Assembly: GCF_009834535.1 (NCBI RefSeq)
Contig: NC_045697.1
Location: 92,444,001-92,508,000, forward strand
Source of the DNA: Camelus ferus
Taxonomy: Eukaryota
Direction of reading: 5' to 3'
DNA length: 64,000 nucleotides
Shown here in pieces: positions 53,128-64,000 of this stretch. How positions within the stretch are numbered: position 1 is the first letter of the stretch; every line of letters starts with the position of its first letter. The translations under genes were made by a program, and so were the position numbers. The notes under the pieces are model-generated. The model ran no database searches, was not told where the DNA came from, and was given only the letters and a program-made list of their open reading frames with translations.

Positions 53128-54654
53128 ATTTATATATGAAAGCATAGAATCCACTAATTTTGTTTCTCATGAGTCCCTTCAAGAATGGCAAGTTCCTGGT
53201 TCATTAAAGAAGAGGAGGAAGAAGAGTGTGCAATTATTCTATCTTCATTTATTCACTTTCTTATTTGTAATTCCTTCATCTTTGTATTATTATCAAACGT
53301 GAAGGATTCAATTCTCTATTTCATCTCTTGTCCAAAAATAACCTTCTTCATAAACATTAGTGAACAAGTAAATTTTCCTAATATTTTACAAGGGGATTAG
53401 ACTTTCCTACTATATGCATTTGAGTACACTTTGAATCATTTTCCTCTCTACGTGTGCCTGTCTGCCAGTCTGTCTCCCGCCACACTGGCAACCCCAATTC
53501 TGCTTCTTTGGCCTTTAGCATGCACCACTCATCCTCCCTGGTTCCAGAACTTCCTGTTCTTATATCTTTCCACAGGTCTCTCCACCTCTTCTGCTTTCTA
53601 ATTTAGAGGTATTCATCTGTTTCACTTTTTATTTTTAGAATAGCGTATTGTGAGAGATACTGAAGAGCTGAGAATTTTCCTTTGTGACCCTCATATGTCT
53701 TTGTCTCCACAGCTTTTTCTTCTCATCCTCTCTTGAATATGACTAACCCTTAACTGTTCCTCTCCACCTCGATAAAATTGAGATTGCCCCCAAATTGGCT
53801 GTAAATCCACAAACACTCTTCTTCTATTCCCAAATCTTGCTTAATCCCTTTGCTAGTAAAGCCCTGTAAACCATTTTGCCCTCCTTCCCCAAGTGAGGAA
53901 CACTCCTTGGGAGCCTTATCATGGCTGACCTTAGTTTTGTCAAGATTTCTGTGTTCTGTATACATGGGTACAAAGCAGTTCCCACAGACTGCTGTTGCTT
54001 TAATGCCTCAGATAAATTGTGGACTGGAAACGAAAGTTATAAGGAACAGGCATGAGGCAAGGCCCTGTGTGATAGTGTCTGCATGAAGTTCCCCAGGGCC
54101 CATACAAATTGTGCTGACTTTGGTGGTGAATATAGATTGTGGCCATGGACCTTGAAGACACTGAGTCCAAGACAAGTGGACACGCTGTTAATATGTTTGC
54201 TGCGGGTTCACATTGAGGGTAATTATTTTAGTAAAGTTTCGTCTGTATGTATGTTCCAGAGAGCAGGATTTCTATGCTATAACTACTTTCTTTATCTGCT
54301 TACTCATTTCCTTTATAATTCTGACTTTTTTAGGCTCTTAAAAGAAATCTGTGGGAAATAACACAGTTGTTTACTTCCATAACAAATTGGCTTAGAATAC
54401 AGCTTAGGTCAGATCTATACAACATTTCAGCACAACCATCTGAACACTTTAATGATGTGGGTTGCTTGTTGTATAATCAAATTAACTATGACAATTAATA
54501 TTGAGAATTATGGACAAAATTGAAAGGGTATGTAATAGTGTCATCTGACTTAGTGGCCAGATATAGATCTGACATTTATTGTAATGATTTCCTTATTGTG
54601 TTATGTACCTCTCAACTCTATCCTGCTGCATTTGACTTGATAATTCCATTGCCT

Positions 54655-54780
54655 ATTATAAACGTAGAACTTATCATTTAAACTGGGACATTTTTTGACA
54701 ATAAAAGGAGATGTTCTTCATACTTAGACTGAGCCATAAATCAAGATGATACTAGGCACACCAGAGTGTATAGACACCTG
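54655..54780 (+). mobile_element. MER94-like hAT-Blackjack remnant
   Basis: ttatcatttaaactgggacattttttgacaataaaaggag ... ggcacaccagagtgtatagacacct. Confidence 0.45.
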
Positions 54781-56274
54781 ACTGCTTATACATGCATTTA
54801 AGAATCATGATCAGAATCCTTTTTTGATTAGTTTAATAGGCAGACACTCCACGATTGATTTTAACAACTGAAAATTCAATGTCACTAATTGACATTAAAA
54901 ATAGATTGCTTGCTAGCATAGGATAAGTGTCATAAAGACAAATCATTGTGCAGTTACAGTATCAAAGGCTCATCTTGCAGTCAAAATATTATTGAAGGTT
55001 AGATGAACAGGTCAGTAGTGGTAGACCAAGCAAGATAGACCAAGCAGAGACACTGGGGTTGAGTGAGAGTCTTTACCAGGCAATGGCGTTTCCTTTAAGT
55101 TAATGTAAGTTAAAATGTGGACAGTAAGTATGCAATAAACAGGTCTGGCAGACATTGTATATTTCCAAAAGAGGAAGACATATATGGATGACAATTGAGC
55201 ATATCTGAACATCACAGACATCCAAACAACTGGACATATCTGATCATCACTAATGTCACATAAGCTGACATTTTAAATAATGTGAAAAATGCAGTCTTGA
55301 CATTAATGGAGGACTAAAGATTAGAGTAGGTGGTGCCCACTCTTTTGTTTGCTCATCAAATCATAGCTGAAACATTTTTTCATAAAAATACTAACACAGG
55401 CATGATAGAGGACCTCTACTTTCCCCTTACCATCTGCCTTTACCCCTTTTTCATTATTTATTACCATTTACCATCCCTGTCCCATAAATTTGAATACCTG
55501 GAAAAACCACAAATCATGTGAAAATAGTTCTAGGAAAAGAATGATCTGATGGTTGTTGAATTTTAAGCAAGGGGCAAAGCATAAATGATACCCTACCTTG
55601 AGTTTTAAAGTTGAAAACTGCTGCTTAAACCAGTCCCACAAAGGCACATACTCAACATGACCGATCCTGTAAAAACCCAAAGTCAGCTTCCTTGGGGAGT
55701 CATCTGATTTTCAGGTGCTCACTAATGTACGTAAGTTGAATAAATCCTTTAACCTTGATTTGAATCACCTAAGTCATTTTCACCTAAGTCATTTTCTATG
55801 CTTTAAATTAGTTCATCTCTAAAGTTCAACAGTCAAGAGAATATAACAATCATATTGCTGAAATGGCAGAAGCTACTCCAAATGTTAATCTTTAGAAGAG
55901 AAGATACTGAAAAAAAGTTGATTGGTTCTATATTACTCTACAGATTAAAAACAAAAATGAGAAATAGCTATAAAGATAAGTGCTAGATTTTAAGACTCTG
56001 GATGTAGAAATTACTTCACAAAGCAGTAAACTTCTCATTTTTGTGAATGTTCAGAGAGAGGTTGGATGACCATCTTTCAAAAATAGTATTGAATTGCAGA
56101 GTTTCACCAGCAATTAGGAGAGTGCCCTCCTCACCACAGTCAGCAACCTTTAGTCTATTATCCTTGGCAGTTTAATAGGTGAATAAAAGCTTTGTTGAAA
56201 GAGAATAGGAGCAATGACATCCCAGTGGCAATGAGCACATCTAGTACCTAGATAAGAGTCTTAATTAAAATTTC

Positions 56275-58255
56275 AGACTGCCGACCAAGATGGCAACATA
56301 GCCCTTTGAATGTCTCTCCTCCTATGAGCTCACCAAATATACAGCTTCACATGGAGCAGTTTCCTCTGAGAGAAATCCACAAATAAGTTGAGTGATTCCT
56401 ACACATCAGATGACTGAGAAAATACCCACATCGAAACACATAGGAAAGGTTGTGATACACTTTTGCCAAAACTCCACCTCCAGCATAACACCATACAATC
56501 AGGAGGAAACCCCCAACTCACAGCTTCTCTCCCAGGAGCAAAGGGTTTGGACCTTACATCTAGAGCCCCAATTTTTAAAGGTGCCATCCAAGGGATGGCC
56601 CCTCAGATTGCCTAGCTCTGATAGCCGACACAGCTTGTGTTCACGAGTCCCACAGGACTACAGTAAACACAGAAGCAGTTGTTAAGGGGCATAAAAGCAC
56701 TTGCCCCAGCTTCAGCTCCCAGGGCTCAGCACAGAGGGAGCAGGCACCTAATCAGCATGCATCTAAATACTGACTGCAACACTCCTCAGAGCTTCAAAGA
56801 GCTAGCAAGCGCTTCTTCTATCTTTTCTCTCCGGCTTGCTCCAACAATAAAACCAACTTGTCAGTATCTCCTTGGAAGGAGCTTGTCCATCCACACATCT
56901 AGCATCCCAACTTTTACAACTGCCATCTAAGTGATAGGCCCCAAAACAGTTAGCATCAAGAAAGAGCTGGGTTTAAATTCATTCATGAGCCCCTCAGGAC
57001 TATAGCAAACAAAGAAACATCTTTTAAATGAGTACAGAAGCACCTTCTCCCATCCCCAACAGCTATACATCCAAGCTCAGTGCAGAGGAAGCAGGCAAAA
57101 AATTCCCATGTCCCATGTTCTCCCTGGAAGGTGTTTGACCGCATACTTTCCCAGCTTCTGTCTGTCAGTCGAGCTTCTCATTAGCTCACATTTAGGTGTT
57201 GACTGTGATCCTTTCCCTTTGGGACACCAACAGGTCTTATGATGCACTCCATTAACAAAATGAAGGGTAAAATTTATATGATCACCTCTATAGGTGCCGG
57301 AAAGCATTAGACAAAATTCAAGATCCATGCATAATAAAAACTCAAATAATTGCAGTAGAGAAGAAATGTAACTCAACCTCAACGTAATAAAGGCCATATA
57401 TGACAAATCCACAACTAACTTCATACTCATCCATGGAAAGCTCAAAACGTTTTCTCTAATCTGGACTAAGACAAGTATACCCACTTTCTCCACTTTTATT
57501 CTACATAGAAAAGACATTCAAATTAGAAAGGAAAAAGTAAAATTGTATCTTTAGATGACAAAATCTTACATGTAGAAAACACTGAAGCCTCCACCAAAAT
57601 AAATGTTTGAATAAATGAATTCAGTAAAAGTGCAGGATGCAAAATCAATATACAAAAATCAGTTGCATTTCTATATACTAACAGTGAATTATTGGGAAAA
57701 GGAATTAAGAAAACTATCCCATTTACAGTAGCATCAAAAAGAATAAAATGCTTAGGAATAACTTTAACCAAGGAGGTAGAAGGTCTGTGCACTGATACTA
57801 TACATATATACTATATATATATGGCACATGCACATATATATATATGTATGTATGGATATGGATATGTGTGTGTGTATTTATATATATACACACACATATA
57901 TATTGAAATGCTATTCAGCCTTAAAAAAAAAAGGAATCACAAAATTTGCAAAAACATAGATGAAGCTGGAGAGCATTATGATAAGTGAAATGAGCCAGAC
58001 AGAGAAGGACAAATATTGCATAGTATCATACTTGTGAAATCTTAAAAAAAAAGTTCGATTAGAATGATAGTTACCAGGGGTAAGGAGAATGGGAAGTGTG
58101 GAGAGTTTAATAAAAGGTTACTAACTTTCACCTATAAAATTAATAAAATCACAGGGTTTAATATATAATGTGATGACTGCTGTTGATATTATTGTCTTGT
58201 ATAATTTGAATTTGCTAAGAGATTAGAATTTAAGTGTTCTCACCAAAAAAATAAG
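56275..58255 (+). mobile_element. Internally deleted L1 (5' UTR, RT-region fragment, 3' end)
   Basis: YY1-type caagatggc at 56286-56294 opens a roughly 960-bp L1 5' UTR; ORF2 sequence at 57238-57795 (KKTIPFTVASKRIKCLGITLTKEV); a TA-rich microsatellite; then the ORF2 end and an L1MA9-like 3' UTR at 57905-58255. Confidence 0.88.
57796..57903. repeat. Compound (TA)/(TG)/(CA) microsatellite inside the L1
   Basis: Directly visible. Confidence 0.9.
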
Positions 58256-59502
58256 TAAAAATTTAACACAATACTTTTGTGTATGTATTAAACATTTACA
58301 TGTTTATAATTTGGGGGAGGAGGATTCTGTTGAGGAAGTTGTTTTCATTTGCTATGTGCATCTCAGATATATTCATTCTCAGGGAATGATTTATAGTAAA
58401 TATTGCTTAAGAGGCAAAGCTAGGTGACAGTACAAGGCCTGATTCTGTGGAAGACTCTTATATTTCCTCTTGTGTATAAGAAATTAAAAAGTAAAAATCC
58501 TTTGGCACCCTGTAATGTTAAAAAATTATGTAATGTATTTTTCTCAAGGGACAAGTGGATTAGAGTTCATTTGCTCAAAATCTCAATTCTGGGGTAAACG
58601 TTGCCTCTTATTTTCAGGCTAGGTGAGTTGAATGGTAGTTCATTTTTCATGGGCATTTTACTTGTAGATGCTGTTTCTGGGACTTTCCAGCTGTTTAAAT
58701 ACAGTTAAATTATGCACCCTTCCTGAGAATGCATAAATTTGGAATAATCGTTTACACTTACCTTCACAGAGAATTGTTGAAACTTTTTGTGAAATCTGAA
58801 GGTATATGCATACTCAAGGTAATTTTGTTGTAGTTTTCTCTTTTCAGTATAGTTGATGCCATTTCTTATTCTGCTAGGAACTTTTCCCATCTATGTATTT
58901 ATTTTTCATATGTAAGAATTTTGCAACATATTACTAAAACATCTTTCCTGACAGTGCAGAAAGTCCGGCTTTTGGTCTTTACCAAGTGTGCTCTGAGGGT
59001 CAATGTATATTTAAGGCAGTGCTGCACCAGATAAACAGATAACTTTATTAACAGAACTGTCCTTACCGTTTTGTCTCTAAAACACTTGAATCCCTTTTTA
59101 ATCAGCAAAACAAAAGTATCAACATTCAGTTATCTGTCATAGAATTCAGTGTTGGATGGACTTTGAATCATCACTTGCCAAAGATTTAATGGGGTCATGT
59201 GATACTTTTGCTCATCCACACGATAACCACACATTTCTTTAGGCTTTATATTGACTGCAAACAGTGAGTAATGTGAAGGGACCCTTTAATTTCAGTTCTG
59301 TGAGAAATGCTTTCATCATCACCACTCTCTAATACACTGCAAGTCAGATTGAAACCCGAGTCACTTCTGAGAAGAAGAAAGTAGAAAGGAGAGGTAGTCT
59401 TTGCTTTACAATTATCTGATTAACTTCCAAAATGTCCTGTTGAGTTAGGTGTTGGTATGCCCATTTTACAAATAAGACAAACTTACACACAGCATATGGT
59501 CT

Positions 59503-59750
59503 CTGATGGGCGGAATGGCCCCCAAAGAGGCCCATGCCCTCGTCCTTGGAACCAGAATATGTTATGTTACATGGTAAAAGGGACTGTGCACATGCAATTA
59601 AGGTCACAGACCTTAAAATATGGAGATAATCCTGAATTATCCTGGTGGGCACAGTCTAATCATATGAACCCTAAAAAGCCAAAAAAAAAAAAAGTCTCTT
59701 TAACTGGAGAGAGGACAGATGAAACAAAGAGAAATCAGATTAGAAGCCTG
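59503..59750 (+). mobile_element. MaLR LTR 5' part (MLT1D/E-like), adjoining a reverse MIR fragment at 59400-59500
   Basis: aatggcccccaaaga ... gaatatgttatgttacatggtaaaagggact ... ggagataatcctgaattatcctggtgggc. Confidence 0.85.
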
Positions 59751-60169
59751 CATCACTATATCGTAAGGCACTCATATGGCCTTATTAATGACATTTAGCA
59801 TATTCTCTACTTTTCTGAAATTATTAGTTTCCAAAATTTTATATTTATTTTCAAAATGAAAATGACTTAATGGAAAAGAGAACACCTTATTTGATTCCTT
59901 GTGATCTATAGCATTAGCTAAATTTTCAGAATCAGTAGATGCAAATATTTGTTTAAAAAATGTTCTGCCCTCAGCTTTGCAAATATTTGTTATACTCAGT
60001 TTGGTATAACAAATATTTATTTTAATATCCTAACCATATTTTTGCAATACATTATTTAAAAATATCATTATCAAAATCATATGTCAAAAATATCATATAT
60101 ATATATATAAAATCTCTTTATATATATATGTATGTATAGATATATAGAAAATAATAGAGAGAGGTGAGG

Positions 60170-60560
60170 AGGGAGAGACAGAGAGCATTCTGGATCAGAG
60201 AAACAGTTTGTTACTTATAGAGTAGCATTTTGTGTCAGTTCCTCATTTCCAAATCCCACAAGGTGAAATGAATGAGGATTATATTTCGTTTGCATATGCA
60301 GTTGGTTTATATTACAGGATCAATCCCCAAATTATGAGCTTGTATAGGTGCTGCTGGCACATCTACCCCTTCTCTCCCCCACATCTCCAGAGAAAGGCTT
60401 AATTCCTCCTAATGTAAACAAAGCCTTTCCAGGGAGGGAGGGGAATATTTTTATCCTTATTTATTCTACTAGAATGGAAGCAAATATCTCTGGATTGATA
60501 TCTTTAAACCTCTAGCTTCTCACGCCTTTGCTATTCAGATATTTTTCTTGATTAGAAATC
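60170..60560 (-). mobile_element. Possible old ERV LTR remnant
   Basis: agaaacagtttgttactta (degenerate reverse polyA-signal context) and atgtaaacaaagcctttccaggga; family not recognised. Confidence 0.3.
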
Positions 60561-62404
60561 TTGGATCATGAAAATCATGAATGATCATAGAAAATTCTCT
60601 TTCAACACACGGTCAAACAAAGCTAGTAAACATGCCCCATTTTTGCTTGCAAAACTAATTAGATCACCTTATCTATTTTACATGTCCCCAAATTGTTTTT
60701 CTAGTTCAAATATTCTTCCAGATCTCCATGTCTAAGTTTAATATTTGCTTTAGATTTTTAGCATACTAATTTTATACATCTCAATCCCACTATAATATGA
60801 TAACCGATATAAAAATTAATCACATGAAATATTCTGTGATTAGGAAAATATTTCAAAACTCAATTGCTAGGAGTTCTGAGGGCCCTCCTGCAGTATTCAA
60901 AACCACCTTAAGTCCAGGTCCACTTTGGTCCTTTCTGGAAATAAAATCTACTCCAAGTAAAATATTGGCTGGAAAGTCTAGGGAGTGATTCCAAGAATCT
61001 TCCAGGTGGTTGCATACCTGTTTTATTGTCATTGTTTGACTCTACAGGGCTAGGTGCAAACAGGGCTAATAACAAGCAGAATTATCTGTAGAATTTCTGA
61101 GGCAGTATTTTTTTTGTCCCTGAAGAAATCTCTCTCCAATTCCCAGAACTCTCAAATCTAAAAGAAGCTAAGAACTCAATCCACCTGTATCAATCAGAGT
61201 ATCCAGACAAATATAAATTATTTTTAGAATAATTTTATACTATTTATTTGGACAAAATTTTATACTTTTTTAAAATATGATTTTTCTTTCATTAAGATAT
61301 AATGTATTTAAGATGGAAAAGTCAGAATATTTAGAGTCACTCAAAAGATTTGAACATGATAATCTCCTATCAGAGATAACACAGTATTTTTCTAGCATAA
61401 ATTATTTCATGTGATTTACATATTTGAAATACAAGAGAGATCCATTTTAATATATTCTCTACTTTTACTTAATATTCTAAATTATAATTTGTTTCACAAA
61501 AGGGTTGATAAAGCTTAAATTAATGCTCTATTTTATATATAGTTATAGCCTTTCTTTTTCTTCATACTGGTAATTTTGATAATTCAAATATAATCTCCCC
61601 ATTTATCAGTCTTTTACTTCCTTAATAGTAAGTGTTAGAAGTAGCCATCTTGCTAAAGACTTAGCATATTTTTTATTTTATAATTTTAAGTAGAGCTTGA
61701 TTATTAACAAGTAAATTTAAACATATATCATCTCCCAGACATAGTCCATTGCATGGTTAGAATGTATGTTTAAATAGTGATGCACTGTCACTGCATGAAG
61801 GTTGCAGTTTATAATAATCACACAAAAGCCAATAATGTATTAAAAAAACAATGTTATTTTCATTTATTTTATTAGATGAACAATCAAGCTTTAACATAAA
61901 TTTTGAAAAAAAAATAGGTTTTTCTTTTTTAGAAAAAGTACACCTAGGGACAATACAGATGAATGAGAATTTAAATACCAATTAACTTTTGATATAATGC
62001 TCCATTATAAAAAGCTTTATAACACTGTCCTCTGCCATCCCCGAAATGAAGTTATATTAAAAATGCTGATGCAGAACGGTTTTTCGAAAATGTTGATGGA
62101 CTGCTGTCATAATGCGAGAGATTCCCCCCGTGGTGTTTAACTCAGTAAAATGACTGAAACCTCCCTCCCAGCCTGCAAAGTTGGTATCTCCTCAGTGGGT
62201 GCCCTTTCACCCCGCCTTGAGATCTGAGACTCCTTCTGTCAAGCAACAAATCGCAGGAACATACACTTGGCTGTTGTCCGTCATGCAAGTGACAGCAAAT
62301 ATCTCACCACCTGTTGTTTTGATTGCTTATTCTATTGTAGAATACAGCACTTGAGAATGCAATAGAAAGACTCTCCTATATTTAGAATGTATTAACTTTC
62401 TAGA

Positions 62405-62507
62405 ATATGAAAATTAATATATGTATATTCATGTATGACTGAAGAATTGTGCTGTACACCAGAAATTGACACAACATTGTAAACTGACTATACCTCAATA
62501 AAAAAAA
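62405..62507 (+). mobile_element. About 100-bp L1 3' tail
   Basis: atatatgtatattcatgtatgactgaa...gacacaacattgtaaactgactatacctcaataaaa is related to the 40370-40445 tail; TSD TAACTTTCTAGA (62393-62404) / TAAATTTCTAGA (62508-62519). Confidence 0.93.
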
Positions 62508-62799
62508 TAAATTTCTAGAGTTATTAATCTACTGGAAGTTCTCTACACAGGATCTAGTCCCTAATTTACACTCTCCTCATGGATAAGGTTGATATAAAAG
62601 AAGGAAAGATGGTCAGATCTGACAGAAGAGAAAGAGGATCTCAGTCTGGAAAATCCACCTGATCCCTACCCCAAACATTGTTCTGAATAGCTTCCTTGTG
62701 CAAATTCAGAATATCTGGAATATGTGATCATTTTGTAATGTAAATGTATAGGTTTAATGCTAACTTATTTTATAAAATATTGAGTTAACAAATTATTGT

Positions 62800-63705
62800 T
62801 GTCTTGGGTCATGTTTCCCAGAAGTATATCCTGAGACAAAGATTCCTGTGTAAGTGACTTATGGAGGAAGTACTTCTAGTGAAAACTATAAAGGAGTATA
62901 GGACACAGAGTAGGCCAGTTGAAACAAGAGTAGTGTATTAGTTAACATTTGCTGTGAAACAAACCATACTGATTCCACTAATTTAAACAAAAATCATGCA
63001 TTGTCCCATATTTGGGGGCTTGGAAATTTGTGCTGGATTCAGCCAAGTGGTTGTTTTGTTGGGCTCCATCAGCTAGCAGGTTAGCTGTGGTCTGACTGGA
63101 CTATGATGGCCTTACTCGTATGTCTGACAGTTGGTCCTGACTCTTGAGTAAGGCGCTTTGGCCATGTATCTCCAGCAGACTAGTCCAGCTTTATTTACAT
63201 GGCAGTGTTTGAAAGGTCCTCATGAGGAACAAGTGAGTACAGCTTCAGAGCACAAGTACTTCCATATCTGCTAATGTACCATTGGTCAAAGCAAGTTACA
63301 TAGCCAAACCAGAGTCAATGTATGTAAGGATTATCCAAGGGCATGAATACAGGGAGAAGTAAGTCACTGTAAATCATTATTGCAGCAATCTACCACAGGT
63401 AAAATCACAAGCAAAGAGCACAAAGCTGAAGAGAAACCTTGGAGTAAGATCAGAGTTGTCCTATCCTGATGCAAGGGAACAGGCTTTCAGTGTTCTGTAC
63501 TGGTTAAGTATTGGCTCAGGGGGACCAGGTCCTTGTTGCTGTCTCCTAATACTGGCAAAGTGGGTCCTCAGGTGCTGGTTCTTCTAAGTGAAAGTACACA
63601 TGAGATACAGAGGATACAGCGGGGGTTATCAGAGGGGACAGGGGACACAGAGAGGTAAAAGCTATTTGCCAGAAAATGGACCGAGCATCAACATTGTCTG
63701 CTACA
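62800..63705 (-). mobile_element. ERVL LTR (LTR16-like), split by a nested MLT1
   Basis: tgtcttgggtcatgtttcccagaagtatatcctgagacaaagattc at one end and gcatcaacattgtctgctaca at the other. Confidence 0.8.
62934..63397 (-). mobile_element. MaLR LTR (MLT1G/H-like), nested
   Basis: tgtattagttaacatttgctgtgaaacaaacca ... cattggtcaaagcaagttacatagccaa ... gcaatctaccaca. Confidence 0.85.
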
Positions 63706-64000
63706 GTATCCCCTTTCATTGCTCAGACTCAGTAATGTTGATTTGTTCAAGGATTAGTGAACAAAGGGTATTCAGAATGGTGATTTTCTGGGGAAGAATA
63801 CAAAAGAATGATTCCCACAAATGGTCCTTAGCATGACATGTTCAGCATCTCTTTTCACTACAACCTAGTCTAGATCACCCTTTCCCTAAGCTATTCCTTC
63901 TACAGGTCTAGATGGCTTGTCTGGTGGCATGATCTAGACCTTCATAGTTCTAAGGATCTGAGCTCCTGACTATCTTTTTTTAAGTCAGGCTGTGGTTGTT
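63706..64000 (-). mobile_element. ERVL internal region, 3' end (LTR16-associated), running off the window
   Basis: A polypurine tract on the minus strand (aaaggggatac) abuts the LTR's TGTAG start; the flanking sequence resembles the ERVL 3' internal region. Confidence 0.7.

Noticed and set aside
56200..56260. Short L1MC/MD fragment that might be the displaced upstream part of the 1745-2672 element
   Set aside because: The family is very abundant, the pieces are 54 kb apart, and no shared breakpoint or TSD links them.
58750..59140. Minus-strand donor-like motifs (GAAG/GTAAG and AACG/GTAAG)
   Set aside because: No convincing paired acceptor or recognisable reading frame; such motifs are expected by chance in 64 kb.
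1..64000. A novel multi-gene biological system
   Set aside because: No supportable genes; everything recognisable is a known class of mammalian repeat or unique non-coding DNA.

Overview
AT-rich, CpG-depleted mammalian non-coding DNA, either a gene desert or the interior of a very large intron. A tRNA-derived SINE matching my recollection of the camelid Vic-1 family (41232-41344) and lineage-type L1 3' UTRs point to a camelid (alpaca, llama or camel). I could not support any protein-coding exon, RNA gene, CpG-island promoter or prokaryote-type system. The ORF track is explained by L1 ORF2 remnants, LTR/SINE/microsatellite read-throughs and chance. The window is a layered record of transposons: ancient MIR, L2, CR1/L3, L1MC/MD/ME, MaLR (MLT1), ERVL (MLT2, LTR16 plus internal sequence) and hAT elements (MER20, MER3), overlaid by younger ERV1 LTRs, L1s and a SINE with readable target-site duplications (TSDs). 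The most notable structures are: (i) a 5'-inverted (twin-primed) L1 with a perfect 11-bp TSD that contains a younger L1 inserted in-frame into its own ORF2 C-terminus; (ii) a roughly 2-kb L1 that keeps its 5' UTR and 3' end but has large internal deletions; (iii) small duplication-plus-palindrome scars suggesting template switching; and (iv) a CpG-retaining non-repetitive segment near 62.1 kb that is a candidate conserved enhancer. Repeat family names come from visual recognition, not a database search, and boundaries without TSDs are approximate. I found no convincing novel biological system.
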